Shown here: one piece after another, positions 24,996-37,680 of the stretch
Layout: each line of letters begins with the position of its first letter
How positions within the stretch are numbered: the first letter of the stretch is position 1
Source of the DNA: Balanoglossus misakiensis
Lineage: Eukaryota > Animalia > Hemichordata
Direction of reading: 5' to 3'
Assembly (NCBI GenBank): GCA_040954595.2
Contig: CM082597.2
Location: forward strand, 850,886-914,885
DNA: 64,000 nt
Translations under genes and position numbers: made by a program
The notes under the pieces: generated by a model
Databases searched by the model: none
What the model saw: the letters and a program-made list of their open reading frames with translations, nothing else
What the model was told of the DNA's origin: nothing

Positions 24996-27900
24996 TCACA
25001 CAGTGCAAACTACCGAGTTCAGTGCCTTTATTTTGTGCGCGTCCTTTTTCGCGCAGTTTTGATGAAGATTATTCAGGAAGGCGTGTGCCACTTGAAATTG
25101 GTAGATGGCGAACTTCGATGACGTCAGCACCTCGTGCAGCAGACACATCCCTTTGTGTGGGTACATGTTACGCCCTCTATAGTCCAGTGCTTGAGAGCTG
25201 CGGATTGATATGCCAGCCTGTTGATACTGAGTGACGAGGTTTGGTGTTTGGTCTGCTTCAAATAGTACTCTGTTAGTGTAGAGTTTGCTTAGGGCGCCGC
25301 GAGAAACGATTGATACGGATTCTATCGAATAGTTGTCGACAATGCTGAGTTTCACGCCTGTTGTTTTGCATTTACACATGGAACCAACACAGTGATAGGC
25401 TGTAGCCATATCAGGTGGTAGTACCACGGACTGTTTTGTCAAAAACTCCACCACATTTTCAACGTGGACAAAAGTGTCGTCACTAACTATCATGAGATAC
25501 TCGGGGGCTCCACAATTGAACGCCCAGTCAATCGCAAAGTTTCGCTTACGGATGAAGCTGTTGAGATGGTCCTTTTCCTCGAAGTCAGAAATGATAATAT
25601 CGCCCTCAGCACTGCTTTCATTCAGAATGAAATTATGTACGTTCTTGTCATTTGACCTCCCCATCAGGAACACTATATCAACGCGTTTTCCGCTCACAAA
25701 TTCACCAGTGTTTGTCCAAGATAATCGCGCCATCTTTCTATTATTGTAGTGGATGGGCGACGTCATGACAACTATGAGTAAAAATAAGTTATTTTGGTCC
25801 CTATGGAGACAGCCATCTGATGTACGTTTATTTTGAGTTGACCATGAAAGGCCTGAAAAAGTTTTGCCTCTCAAACACTGACACTCAGACGGTCTCTCGC
25901 GACAGTCTTCCATACGAATCCAACTGAAAAACATTTTCATCGGATCAAATCCATGTGACGTCAAACATTTAGTCAGTGCGCAAGTGTCTTGATAAATTTG
26001 TCTCCTATCAAACCCTTTATGCGTTGTGGGTGCAACTCCAACGTTCGCTAACAGCGCCCCTACGTAGACATCTTCCCATGGGAAAGTTGGTGATCTTAGT
26101 GACTCTTCATATGCTTTCAGAACAACATCCATTGACATGACGTAAGCATGTCCATCATTGTAAGGAGGGTATGTAGAATCTCGCCACGCCTCGGTTGGGG
26201 TAAACCATTTGCTGCGGGGTTGACGGATAGGTTGTGTGGCAACTTTAGGGTCGCCCAGGTAAAACGAACTCCTGGGGGCGTGCATCAACAGTTCCGCCAT
26301 GTTGCCGACATTGAGGAAAACGTCAGAGTCCACTTTGATGACATAGTGTACGTTTGAACAATAAGAAGACGCCCATTTTAGCAAAGATATAGTCTTCAAT
26401 GTCAGGTTTTTGTAACTCTCTTTAATGTCAGCTTGTATTGTGTCAAAATGAAACGAGTCTTCCTGTTCGACGATTGTTTGGAAGCGTTGGTCATAGCCGA
26501 GGATGAAGACACTGACCATTTTTATAGGACCAGAGTGTTGGAATTTTTTCGCCCATGTTGAACGGATAACATGCCTAACTTGCACATCACTTGCTCGAGA
26601 TATAATGCCGAGTAAAACAGTTAGTTTCTCTGATCCGTCGATGACATCAGTGCATCTGTTTGGGTGATTGATTAGATATTGATAATCATTAGGGTGGGTC
26701 TCTGTTTTCGCCAATTTCTGGTCTCTGCTTCCCAGAAGCAATGGAAACTTATTTAGAGCCCGTCTCTTTGTATCACTGCACAAAAATGGCGACCATTCAT
26801 TGACACTTCGCCAGTACCTATACATCATGTCGTTATTATGAAGCATGTAGCGAGAAGTGATGGCGTGTCTCAGATCACAAATGTCTCTCACTTGACCGTG
26901 GCTGTCAAATCCAGGGTGATGCACCAGCCGGACGTCTAATTCTGTTAAAACCATGCTGAGGTAGGTTTCTTCCACGTCGTCGCTGTCGACTCTGTGAGTT
27001 GTGTCCACAATGGCGCGAGCTACTTCACTGGGAAACACGTAGGCATGCGTGTCTATGTAGCTACCAATCCCGGACATGTTCTTATCACCAACCTCCCACT
27101 CACTTCCCCTTCTTTTCACCACTTGATTGCCAGAATCGTGGACATAACCCAAAGCTATGTTGCTTTGTGGTAAGACGCGAATCACATCAACGAGATTGGT
27201 CGGAAACAGAAGAACATCATCTTCTACCTTCACAACAAATCTTGCCGTCTGACAGAAAAGTTGGGCCCACTTCATCGCCGCCAAAGTCAACATCAGATCT
27301 TTCGATCGTGGGGAGTTGACGACAACAATATCACCATAGTGTTTGTTTTCTATTTTAGTTTCTAAAACAGCTACTTTGCTCTCAGTATTCTCGGTAACAA
27401 ACACGGTCACTGCTTTGCTTGTTTTCATTTGGTAGGAACTCGCCCAGGTTTCTCGTATAGCATACCTCTGTGCCACGTTCTCCATACTGCTGATGACCAA
27501 AATCAAGAGTTCAACGTCTCCACTGAGGGCAGTCTGCGCGCAACGATCGCTTGGGTTTTGGACATAAACTACAGGTTGCTGGTGCACAAAATAGACTTGC
27601 TCGTCTTCTTCAGCATCACACACGTTTTCATACTGAGATACGGTCTCCCAATAACGTTTGATCGTTGAGGGAGTTAGATAACTGACTGACAGCATATCCT
27701 TGAGATCGCACACAAATTTTGTTTCACCGCTGGTATCAATGAGAGCGCTGTCTTCCAACTTTGCCTTCAGATGGTCGAGAAGGATGCCTATATAAATATC
27801 TTCTATCGGAAACAAGGCGTTTTCCAACGCCGAAACATATAGTTTTCTGACGGTGTCCGCTGTAAAAATGTACGTCGGATATTTTAAAAAGGTAGGGTAG

Positions 27901-28835
27901 CGTGCATGAGGCCAAACGTCATCAGAAATGAAAGATTTCTTTAAAGGATTTCGTTCAGCTTTCATGCCAACAGAAGCTCTGCCGTATGCAAGAGAGACAT
28001 TCTTCAAACTCTGCAAAGTTCTTCGGAGTACTGTTGGCTGCACCAAAGTTGAATCACTGGTTTTGAAGATGTATTTTGCATCCGGACAGTACTTGGCAAC
28101 CCATCTGAAAATCGCAATCGCTTTTACGACACGGTTTTCTGTGACGTCGTGGAATCGTGCTTGAATGATGTCGCCGTGAGTGGCGCTCTCTCGCATAATG
28201 GCTGCCTCTGTCGTTCTCTTGTCGCTTCGACCAATCACAAACAAGAACACAACACGTGGATCCTCCACCATTGCCTTTCCCCACGTTTCCCTGACAACCG
28301 CTCTGTGATCGAAGTGATCAGGCATTGATGTGACGAGCGTTACAATGGCAACGTTGCTTCGATTACGACACACATCTTCTCGACTGATCACAAAGTCCGT
28401 GTGATACAAAATATCGGCGGAGATATTGTTCTGTGGCAACTTCCCTTCCCCTCGATTGGATAGAGCAATAATATCTAAGACAAGTCCTTCATGATACGGT
28501 TGTTTTTCTAAGTCATTCAGGTAATCTCGCTCGATTGAATCTCTCTCTTTGATTTCGGTTTCTCTGTGTATTCCAGACGCACTTCTTTCTTCGGTGTTTT
28601 GAATGCCCACATCGGATTTATTCGACGTTTCCCGAACATTGCCGACGATTTCCCTTCGTGTGTTCGGTATTCCTTTTGAAAGAATGCGTTTTCCGACGGT
28701 TACTTCTGTGTCTTTAAATAATGTTTTCTGAATATTATACATCAATATCGCGAAATTGAGTGCCAGTAACAGGTATATAAACCTCAAGGCGAGTCTGCTT
28801 TTCTTTGAGCGTGGGTTGAAGACCATCCTCTTCAT
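24996..28835 (-). CDS. Multidomain GT31 (beta-1,3-galactosyltransferase/B3GNT-like) type II membrane protein, 4 tandem Galactosyl_T-like domains, ~1279 aa, single coding exon
   Basis: From ORF 24996..28895; likely start is MKRMVFN (28835), just after a tttttttacag acceptor at 28846-28847. N-terminal TM LRFIYLLLALNFAILMY. Four repeats of R..R.(T/S)W / E....D.I / W...C / DxD-position motifs. Domain 3 is canonical: NLTLKT, KVDSDVF, YPPYNDGHAYVMS, FPWEDVYVG. Confidence 0.93.
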   Translation of the reverse strand: MKRMVFNPRSKKSRLALRFIYLLLALNFAILMYNIQKTLFKDTEVTVGKRILSKGIPNTRREIVGNVRETSNKSDVGIQNTEERSASGIHRETEIKERDSIERDYLNDLEKQPYHEGLVLDIIALSNRGEGKLPQNNISADILYHTDFVISREDVCRNRSNVAIVTLVTSMPDHFDHRAVVRETWGKAMVEDPRVVFLFVIGRSDKRTTEAAIMRESATHGDIIQARFHDVTENRVVKAIAIFRWVAKYCPDAKYIFKTSDSTLVQPTVLRRTLQSLKNVSLAYGRASVGMKAERNPLKKSFISDDVWPHARYPTFLKYPTYIFTADTVRKLYVSALENALFPIEDIYIGILLDHLKAKLEDSALIDTSGETKFVCDLKDMLSVSYLTPSTIKRYWETVSQYENVCDAEEDEQVYFVHQQPVVYVQNPSDRCAQTALSGDVELLILVISSMENVAQRYAIRETWASSYQMKTSKAVTVFVTENTESKVAVLETKIENKHYGDIVVVNSPRSKDLMLTLAAMKWAQLFCQTARFVVKVEDDVLLFPTNLVDVIRVLPQSNIALGYVHDSGNQVVKRRGSEWEVGDKNMSGIGSYIDTHAYVFPSEVARAIVDTTHRVDSDDVEETYLSMVLTELDVRLVHHPGFDSHGQVRDICDLRHAITSRYMLHNNDMMYRYWRSVNEWSPFLCSDTKRRALNKFPLLLGSRDQKLAKTETHPNDYQYLINHPNRCTDVIDGSEKLTVLLGIISRASDVQVRHVIRSTWAKKFQHSGPIKMVSVFILGYDQRFQTIVEQEDSFHFDTIQADIKESYKNLTLKTISLLKWASSYCSNVHYVIKVDSDVFLNVGNMAELLMHAPRSSFYLGDPKVATQPIRQPRSKWFTPTEAWRDSTYPPYNDGHAYVMSMDVVLKAYEESLRSPTFPWEDVYVGALLANVGVAPTTHKGFDRRQIYQDTCALTKCLTSHGFDPMKMFFSWIRMEDCRERPSECQCLRGKTFSGLSWSTQNKRTSDGCLHRDQNNLFLLIVVMTSPIHYNNRKMARLSWTNTGEFVSGKRVDIVFLMGRSNDKNVHNFILNESSAEGDIIISDFEEKDHLNSFIRKRNFAIDWAFNCGAPEYLMIVSDDTFVHVENVVEFLTKQSVVLPPDMATAYHCVGSMCKCKTTGVKLSIVDNYSIESVSIVSRGALSKLYTNRVLFEADQTPNLVTQYQQAGISIRSSQALDYRGRNMYPHKGMCLLHEVLTSSKFAIYQFQVAHAFLNNLHQNCAKKDAHKIKALNSVVCTV

Positions 28836-31252
28836 GATCGTCTCTCTGTAAAAAAAGAGTACTTGGTTAGGTGAAATGACCCAGTTAAGCTCCAACGCAA
28901 AGCCGAACCATTTACCATTTCATAAAATTAGGCTTACACTCATATTAACTCTGCAATTGGTCTGAAACTAGGGACAAATTGAGAGAAAAATACGCAAAAA
29001 TAAAATTTGGCACCAGCATCTTGGCAGGAAAATTGTAGTCTCAAACTTGCCGTGCCAGACATAACCCCCCCCCCCCCCAGTGTAGACCATGGTCATCCCA
29101 GAACACTGACTACCTAGATTCAACACACACATGATCCAGACCAACCTTTAAACCCCCAACGCAAACACACCCTTATGACACAACAGTTATTGTTCCCCCG
29201 CTGCATGTACATGTCAAAACTCTACAACCATTCTCGGACTGCCTAACAACCTTGGCATCTAAACCCACGACCATTGACAGCTTTACAGAACATTCGTGGA
29301 GTAAACAGCTGGCCACGATAGAGTGACGTCACCACTGACACACGAAATTGGTAATTTAAAATATCTAATTTGTCAATAGGCATAATTTCAATGCATTACG
29401 TTGGTAATACGAGTATAGCAAATTATTACTCAATTTAAATTATTGCAAGAGTCATTAGACTACATTAGGGGTGATCTGTACAATCACGAGTTTTTGAGAA
29501 ACAACTGGCTCTAGTTAATAAAAAACAATAAATCATTTTGATTAAAATTACTTCAATGGTTTGATTTGTAACGTTTGGTGTTCACCCTAACATTATTTAA
29601 GTTGTTCAATATAATTTGATATCGGTTATCCAAAACATTCATGGTGTCTTCGAGCAATGTAACGTGAATGCATGGGTTTGCATTCAAATCCAGACCAACT
29701 ACACGCTATATACGACTAGCGTGGGACACAGCTTATATGAAATTTTACATTATTGTTATAATAAACGTACTTTACAATATTGTTGATAACAACGAAGATG
29801 TCTAGGTAGGTAATGTGTATGACAGTATTAGATAAATTGCGCTGAGTTTGTGTCCCTATATAGCACGTAGACATTCGGGCAGTTTATCCAACACTTCACA
29901 TTTCGTACCTTTGAAGCTAGAAATAAAAGATATCTTACCTGCGTGTATGACTGCGAGTCGACAATAAGTCCGGTTCCAAAGATCGTTTGCGTCGTCAAGT
30001 GCTAAAAGATCGTGGTAGTCAAGACGAGTCCAACCGATGCAGCTAGACCGCGAGATGTCAGCGGGAAAAAAGCGAAATGCTAGCGGTGACGCGGACTATA
30101 GCAATTTTCACCATAATCAGTTATAATTTGGGCAATTTGGGTAAATTTGCTGGTGGTGCCTGTATAGCGGTGATGCGCGCTTTGGTATTTATATCGCAAT
30201 ATCGCGGCGGCCAGGTCTTGAAAATCCAAGACTTTAATGTTACAAGAGCTTATCAGGATTGTAGGTACATCAGTGGATGATGCTGAGTTTGTTGTTTTGT
30301 TGTGTTTGTGTTTGTTGTTGTGTTTCCTGTAGTACATGTACATGTATGTCCAAACAGTCGTCGTAATTTGACGTAGAGGGCCACCCCCACTCCAAAAAAA
30401 CACCGCATAATAAAACATGACACTGTAGTGTGACGCACGATGACATGCTTGAAGGAGGATAAGAATAAATCACAAATGGTCCGATATCTTTTCGGTACAC
30501 GAAAGTTTTCTAAAACCTCAACTCGGATGACACAAGTTGCAGTGCCTCAAGCGTTAACAATATACATGCACGCAATGACCATATTGCCCGACCAGCAAAT
30601 GCTCTCTGCCACATGGCCGCACGTGTTCCTATACTGTCAAATAAACTGTGGTGTAAATGTGGAGGTACTTACACCATATGGACACGTATTCTATTCCATT
30701 CATCAAAATAGCTCTGAATTACCGGCAGACTTCACATCCGCTCCGTTGAACGGTTTCGAATTCTACATGCAAATATGCATCACTATAAATAGCCATGGTG
30801 ACTACAGCGCTGATGACCAGACGTGGCAGACTCAATCAAATAACGGGAGAATTTGACGCGTTCTTGGTATATTTAATATAACATGCGCCTTAAAATGTAA
30901 CACGTACAAATATGTGTGATCTTACAGGCCAAACGTCCATGCCTGTTGTTTTAAATTTGGTTCCTGCCTTTTCGCTTGAACAGAAATGGAACAACTACTT
31001 CTTTCAAGTCTCCCACACACCTGTTGCATATCGCCTCAAGTCTTTCATTATCGCCTCAAGGGCCATAAATAACTCCGTCTACATAAACAGAACTTGAACT
31101 AAAGAGGCGATAATACCAAGAGTGTTAACATTCCATTTTCACTGAACCCGTAAAGTATTCGATTGTTTCCATCATCCCTGAGGTCACTGGGGTCATAGTT
31201 TGTATCTGCTGTGAAAAGTGTTTCTCTTTGAGAATGTCGATCATGTGACTGT

Positions 31253-34200
31253 TCACATGACAACAGTGGTGCGACCAACGACGCAGACTTCAAATTCTTG
31301 TGGAGAATCTTTGTTCTCACAGTCAAAGAAATTGTTTTTATCACTGTAAAAATCATGACCTATCGCGTATATATCGTTACCAGCAAATGACCTCGATATA
31401 ATGACGTCATGCAGATCACATATATTAACATTTTCGACCCTTTCACGTTGAAATAGAACATTTTTGAAAGGGTCAAATGCAGCCGAACTTTGAACCCTGA
31501 CCCCTTCCTCTAACAGTGCCCTCTCTATATCGACAGACTCCTTTATTCTTTCAGATATTTTCCCCAGTGCATTTTGTGACAGGAGGTTTATAAAATTAAA
31601 TACCGATTTTTGTGATGGATTATGTGGGTCGTGATTTACTGGGGCACAAGAACAGCTATCTCCAGAACAAGTATACGCAAAATCAGTAGAGTCTTCAAAA
31701 TGGCGGCGCTGTTCCAGAAACCTCACCAGATTCTGGAGATGAACAAAGACGTCATCACGCACTTGAAGGACTACTTTCGCACGCTCGCAGAATGTCCGCG
31801 CCCATCTTAAAGAAAATGTGGTCTTTTGTGTCTCTTGTATTTTGTAATCAACAACAGATGCTTGGATGATGTCTTGGTGAACAAAATGTTCGTTGATGAT
31901 GAACTTTTGAGAAATTGAATCTGATGCCTTTCCCATCGAGAACATTATTTCGATTCGCCTGTCATCAATGACGTCATAGTTTGCCCAGGTGAGGCGGATG
32001 AATTTTCGTTTGTCATAGTTCTTCGGCACGGTGCTCACGATTACCAAAATGTCGATGTCTTTTCCACTGAAACAAACAGTGGGGTTGTTCAATGTAAGAT
32101 CTAACTCAAACTCTTCCATCTTTTGATATTTTTCTTCCGTAATCCGTAACGTGTTTGCACTTATTTCCGCCAATGGCGTTAGTCGTGTTGGAAACGGTTT
32201 AATTACGTACTTGCTGCCAAAAGACTTGTCGCTTGGACATTGGCAATAAGCAGAGTCACTATTACACGCAACATAACGATTCCAGTTTTCAAGAAGAGCG
32301 CGTGGTTCGAAATCGTGCGACGACAGACGTGACTGAAAACCGCATGGGGTCCTAGTTAGTCGGTTAACATTGTCGAAAGCGAAATGAGGGAAGGGGAAAA
32401 TTGAGAGGCGGGAGAGTAAGGCCCCCATGAACACATCCTCCCATGGGAAGAGAGAGATAGTGAGCGCCGCGTGGTAACTTATGCTTGCAACGTCAGACGA
32501 CAATATGTAAACCTGTCCGGAGTTGTAAGGAGGGTAAGTTGCATATGGCCACGCCTCCTCGGGGGTGAACCATTTGTTCTGAGGCTCTCGAAACGGACGA
32601 CTGCCGATCCGACTATCGCCGAGGTAGAACGACTCTCTCGGGGCTGTGCTCAGCAGAGTAACTATATTTGGCCAATTGATGAAAACGTCATCGTCAACTT
32701 TGATGACGTAGTCCGCACGATCACAACATACGGTAGCCCATTTCATCAAGGCAACTGTCTTCCAAGTCAAGTTTCCATACGTATCGTCGAAATCTCCTTG
32801 AATGATGTCGTCATATTCGGCGCTCTCCGCCTCGACTTGGCGCTGTACTGACGGAAGTTGTGGCTTACCGACGAAAAACAATATGATGATTTTACTGTGT
32901 GTTATTGACGATAGATAAGCAGGATCGGCCCAGGTTTTTCTGATAGCCATTCTGTGTTGGCTGTGAGCGGGCGCTGTCATCACACCCGCGAGGATATTGA
33001 GTGTTCTAGTTGTTGAGTTTGAATTCGTGTGCATCCGAAAGTCAGTTCTGCACCTGCCTGGTCGAGAAATCAGAAAATCAAAATCGTGGCGGTAAGGAGA
33101 ATCGCGCTTCGGCGGTTCCTTGCCGAGCACTCCTCGCAACACCAGCAACGACCGAGAGATATCGTTCAGGAACATTCCGCCAACTTTTGAATCGCATGTC
33201 TGGTAATCGGCCCATTCACGAATCCCTCTCCAAGAGCGGAACATAATTTTCTCGCTGACCGGACTTACAGAATATAATTGATTAAGGAGGCAAATCCGCA
33301 TTCCGTTGTAATATGTTTGGAACAGGTGGCTATTTTTCGGTTCAATTCTAGCAGAAAACAACAGCATTCCAAGATACGCGTCTGTCGAAATTTCCCAAAA
33401 TTCATTTTTGGCAAATTGTCGAACGACAGACGAGACCACGTCGGCGGAAATGACGTAGGCACCTGGAATCGGATATGGCGGAAGAAAGTCAAATCTCCAT
33501 TTGTGTTTGCTCAAGAAACCAGACTGCATTGCATTCCGACTTGGTGTGCTATTGTTGCTGATCGAGCCAAGGACAAATCGGGTTCTCGGTGAAGTGTTCA
33601 GGAACTGAACCACGTTGGAAATATGTATAAAGGTGTCGTCCCTCGCTACTAACACGTACGTCACATTCGGACAAAAATCTGTTGACCATTTTAGCGCTGT
33701 CATCAGTTTCAAAGTTTCGTTTCTCGCGTTCCTGTCAGAAAGGTTCAGCATCAACATATCTCCATGGTAACTGCTCTCCGCTTTCAAATTAGTGCCATTT
33801 CGGAGATTTTCTGGCACGGCTACTACAAACAGCCGGCTCACAGGTCGACCATAGACGACAAAGAGACCGCCCCATGTCTGCCGAATGGTATTTCGTCTGT
33901 CGTGACGCGTCGGGTCTGACATGATCAACATATGAACGAAAGGACTGTCGCTGACGTCATCATCAGATTGATGAAAACATGCGTATGGCGAGTTTCTCAG
34001 GAAGACAACATTATGAGCAACTTCCACGCCGTCTTGGCTCACCAGAAATGTCACTTTGCTTGAATTAACCAGTTTACAGAATGTAGACGAAAACTTCCAA
34101 AATCTGATCCAGTCGCGGTGGACTGCGTCCAGCGATTGGCCAGTCAGTGTCAGCTTGTCCACGTATTTACAGAAATCCACAGGTGCTTTGACCTCAAAGC

Positions 34201-35125
34201 CAACATGCGAGGAAATCAAAACGCCAGCGTCTTGCGCCAATTTATCCAAGGCGAATCGATCAGGAACAGAACATTTCAATCTGGCCCGAGTGGACAACAG
34301 TGATTTGATGACGTCACGGGACACCAGTAAATGCCCGTATGAATTAAATGGAGTGTTTGTTGCGTTGACAACGAAGATGGAATGTCTTGACACGTGACCT
34401 AAATTCTGTTTCCTTGTAAGTTCACCTCGGACATACACACCCCTTTCATTGATGGTATTAATAAATCGTGCCAAGTTGTCTTGCATGACGGCGCTTTGGT
34501 TGTCCACAAGTAGCAAATATCTGGCGCCTTCACACTCCCTTTCGATCCAATGAAATATTGCCATCACTGCACCGTACCTGTCGTTCTGGTAATAAACTAC
34601 ATCTGTGGTGTTATCGTTCTCCAACGTTGGCGTGACCTCAACAGCGAGATCTTCAGGGACAAAATTTATCAAACGAACAGAGTATTTACCGTGGTCTTTG
34701 TTCTCCCAATAATTATCAGGGGTTCTGATTATCTGTCGGTTCGCGATGTTCCCAACTTGTGATAAGACAGCAACGACCAGAAGGGGGGTTCCCACTGAGC
34801 GTCCGCACAAATGTTCGGTGCTCAAACGGTGATGATATAGAACACTACGTGTTTCCGTTCCCTGGTCAACGCTGTCTGTAGCGGCCACTTCAGATTTGGG
34901 TCTGGTACCCACCTTTGCTCCAGTCTGCCGCAAGCTTCCAAGGAAACGCCCTAGTTGACTCTGGCCATCGATGTCCGGTGTGTTCTGCCGCAGTGTCAAT
35001 AGCACGGACCGAGCAGACCATTTCGCCTCTCCGAAATTCAGTCGATAAAACAAAAGTAACGAGTTCAGAATGAAAACCACACTGGCGAGTATTATCACTC
35101 GACGGAGAACGACATGCCTAGCCAT
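31253..35125 (-). CDS. Multidomain GT31 glycosyltransferase, 4 tandem domains, ~1290 aa, single coding exon
   Basis: From ORF 31253..35173; likely start is MARHVVLRR (35125). TM VIILASVVFILNSLLLFY. Domain 3 is canonical: RMAIRKTW, DDIIQGDFDDTYGNLTWKT, KVDDDVF, YPPYNSGQVYILS, FPWEDVFMG. Domains 1, 2 and 4 are degenerate. Confidence 0.93.
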   Translation of the reverse strand: MARHVVLRRVIILASVVFILNSLLLFYRLNFGEAKWSARSVLLTLRQNTPDIDGQSQLGRFLGSLRQTGAKVGTRPKSEVAATDSVDQGTETRSVLYHHRLSTEHLCGRSVGTPLLVVAVLSQVGNIANRQIIRTPDNYWENKDHGKYSVRLINFVPEDLAVEVTPTLENDNTTDVVYYQNDRYGAVMAIFHWIERECEGARYLLLVDNQSAVMQDNLARFINTINERGVYVRGELTRKQNLGHVSRHSIFVVNATNTPFNSYGHLLVSRDVIKSLLSTRARLKCSVPDRFALDKLAQDAGVLISSHVGFEVKAPVDFCKYVDKLTLTGQSLDAVHRDWIRFWKFSSTFCKLVNSSKVTFLVSQDGVEVAHNVVFLRNSPYACFHQSDDDVSDSPFVHMLIMSDPTRHDRRNTIRQTWGGLFVVYGRPVSRLFVVAVPENLRNGTNLKAESSYHGDMLMLNLSDRNARNETLKLMTALKWSTDFCPNVTYVLVARDDTFIHISNVVQFLNTSPRTRFVLGSISNNSTPSRNAMQSGFLSKHKWRFDFLPPYPIPGAYVISADVVSSVVRQFAKNEFWEISTDAYLGMLLFSARIEPKNSHLFQTYYNGMRICLLNQLYSVSPVSEKIMFRSWRGIREWADYQTCDSKVGGMFLNDISRSLLVLRGVLGKEPPKRDSPYRHDFDFLISRPGRCRTDFRMHTNSNSTTRTLNILAGVMTAPAHSQHRMAIRKTWADPAYLSSITHSKIIILFFVGKPQLPSVQRQVEAESAEYDDIIQGDFDDTYGNLTWKTVALMKWATVCCDRADYVIKVDDDVFINWPNIVTLLSTAPRESFYLGDSRIGSRPFREPQNKWFTPEEAWPYATYPPYNSGQVYILSSDVASISYHAALTISLFPWEDVFMGALLSRLSIFPFPHFAFDNVNRLTRTPCGFQSRLSSHDFEPRALLENWNRYVACNSDSAYCQCPSDKSFGSKYVIKPFPTRLTPLAEISANTLRITEEKYQKMEEFELDLTLNNPTVCFSGKDIDILVIVSTVPKNYDKRKFIRLTWANYDVIDDRRIEIMFSMGKASDSISQKFIINEHFVHQDIIQASVVDYKIQETQKTTFSLRWARTFCERAKVVLQVRDDVFVHLQNLVRFLEQRRHFEDSTDFAYTCSGDSCSCAPVNHDPHNPSQKSVFNFINLLSQNALGKISERIKESVDIERALLEEGVRVQSSAAFDPFKNVLFQRERVENVNICDLHDVIISRSFAGNDIYAIGHDFYSDKNNFFDCENKDSPQEFEVCVVGRTTVVM

Positions 35126-37680
35126 AGTCGTTTGTGAAAAATGTTTCCCACGGCGTGCAGGTTCGCTGGTCACAAAGAAAAGGGACGTCGGTGGTTAAAA
35201 TTCATCAGTGGTCCGAGTTTCCTCATCCTGGTCCCCTCTGTCTAGTTGCCATGGTTATATCCACCTTAGAATGGCGAGGGTGATACGCAGGCGCTCCACA
35301 AAGCAGCAAAGTCTGACTGTTGCAGATGCGCGTGCTCCCAAAATCTACCAGCGCCGATTCTGTCAAACTGAATGATTTCTTCAAAACAACCTTTGCCCGT
35401 AGCGGTCATGATTTATCACGTTTACACACAAACACTATTTTCCGGGTGAATGGGCTTCCTAACAACTGTTCAATGTTTTCGTTTCCAATAAACACATTGG
35501 AGGATATGTCAGATATTATGGCAAATTAACTATCATTACACAAGCGTAGTTTAAAGTGGCACCACGTGACCATCAGAGGGATTTCATTTACATATTTATG
35601 ACGTCAGCAAGCATTCACCAACATTCAATAAACGTGGCAACATAATTTCAGCATATAAACATCGCAGGGGATGTGTAATGCTATGAAAGTTGTGTTTGCT
35701 AATAAATCTAGCAAATTGTTGATGGCATGCTCTACAGTTATACATTCAAGAGTGAACGTTTAATTTATTTGGTACGACTGAAAATAAATAACTGCCAATT
35801 TATGCAATAAATATCCAGTAGGATTACGCCAATCATTTATCCACGCTTTTAAATCCATATGCTCACAGTCTGTTCAGTGTGTGAGTAACAAGAATGAGAT
35901 TACAATGCACTGAACACGAAATGATTCGCGATTCAGTGTAACAAGAGAAGCGATAGAATTTGACATACGGTCTACCATGTTTGGGGAATCACTAGCTACA
36001 AAACGAAAAGGAAGCTTGATAAGTCCACTTGCCTCGCCTTAAATATACTAACTTGTAGCTCGCTCTGGTACATGTGGCAAACACATTGATCAATTTTGAA
36101 ATGCAGAATGATTTGTGGCCAATGTCAATATTTGCCAGTTTAAAACGAGGAGGTGCGGACACGCTCCGATTTCCTCATTGATAAATGTTTAAAGTTGTCG
36201 AGGGTTTGTTTTATATATACGCAAGGCTCTGGGTAAACCATGATTTCGAAAATCTGTGATCGCAAAGGGTGGTGAAGTTACCGTGCGGACCATACAAGGG
36301 CGCCATCATGTGCCAACTTTTCAAAGCAGGTTTGAACTTTTGTCTTGCTTTGTTTTGGTAGCTACACACAGCCCTTTGGTTGATCATTTGTGTTTCGAGT
36401 TTTTCTGACCTTTAGATGAACAGCTGTAGCATGAAAAGGTCTTTGAATTTACTGCATGCTTTTGTGGGGAACTTTGACATTCAAATCGATGGATCGATAC
36501 ATCAGTGCGGGTCAGCTGAAAGTCACTGGCCTTAATTATGATGCAAGCAATTTACTGCTTCTCATAAACCGTATCACATAAACACAACGAAACAAAACAT
36601 TTCGGGCTGACGAAACAATCAAGGGGAAAAGTTGTCGATTTTGCGGCCAATATAATGGAGTGGACATCTTGAAAGATAACTTGCTTGTTGTCACTTGTCT
36701 ACATGTATAAAGGACGGCGGGAATGTACCAGCTGACAACGCAATTAGCATATAGTAAGGCGATCAATAATCGTCAAGTTTTGGACTTGTTCACAGAGACC
36801 CTTTTCATCCTCACCAGGTCAAAGTTCACGACTTCAGAAGAAACATAGAGTGCTAGCAAAGCATTGAAACTGTCTGAGACAGGACTGGATTGTCCGTTTG
36901 CTACGTTCTGTACAATTTCAACGCGAAAAAGGGCACGCAACGGTTGGTATGGTAACAAGAGCGCGACCTCACTACCCTCGGTGACGTCATTCACGATTAA
37001 CTGCTGAAGACAGAAGTAAGTTTCTACATTCAGTTTTTCTAAATGAATAGTTCTACCACTTCTAAAATTCACATTCTTCCCTGCATATTATCACTGAGCT
37101 GAAGTCAGGCACTAGATATGCAATGGAATTGGCATGGCAACGAGTTGCGGTTTTAGACGCATGCAATAAGTTCCAACAGACAATAGACTTAATATATTCA
37201 GTGCGTAATTGTGTTTAATTAACATTTTACAGCTCTTCTATCGCGACTGCACCAAGGTCACTCCAATTGACTTAGTGGTCCTTTTTTAAACATGTACAAT
37301 TTTGAATAGCATTTCGAAATTGCCCTGTGGTCGTCGAGTCACAGTCAGCAGTAAAAATTGGAAGATTTCATCCCGGTTTAAAAGTTTCTAGATGTAGTGA
37401 GTCACTTCATTCAGTGGCATACCTACCGGTACCGATTACGCTATTTCATAATGGCCGGGAAGTAAACTCAAAACTACGAGCGGATTACTGAGATCAAATT
37501 GGCGTTTTTAACACTGGCGTAGTCTTACTCTAGTATACGGCGCGCGTATGAATATAATAATAACTTTATGAATACATTTCCATTCACTGACAGGCACTTG
37601 GATCAATCCGCGATGAAGATGCAAAAAAAGTAGAGCCTAACATCTCTTCACATATAACTATGAATACGTACTTCCAGAAG

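Noticed and set aside
28836-28895. N-terminal extension MELNWV... of GT31 gene 1 (likewise MTSEPA... of gene 2)
   Set aside because: These use non-ATG starts, and for gene 1 the extension lies across a splice acceptor. The downstream ATGs precede typical type II membrane anchors.
30077-30856. Cluster of 60-138 aa ORFs between GT31 genes 1 and 2
   Set aside because: Low-complexity promoter/UTR-like sequence with no domain motifs or coherent exon structure.
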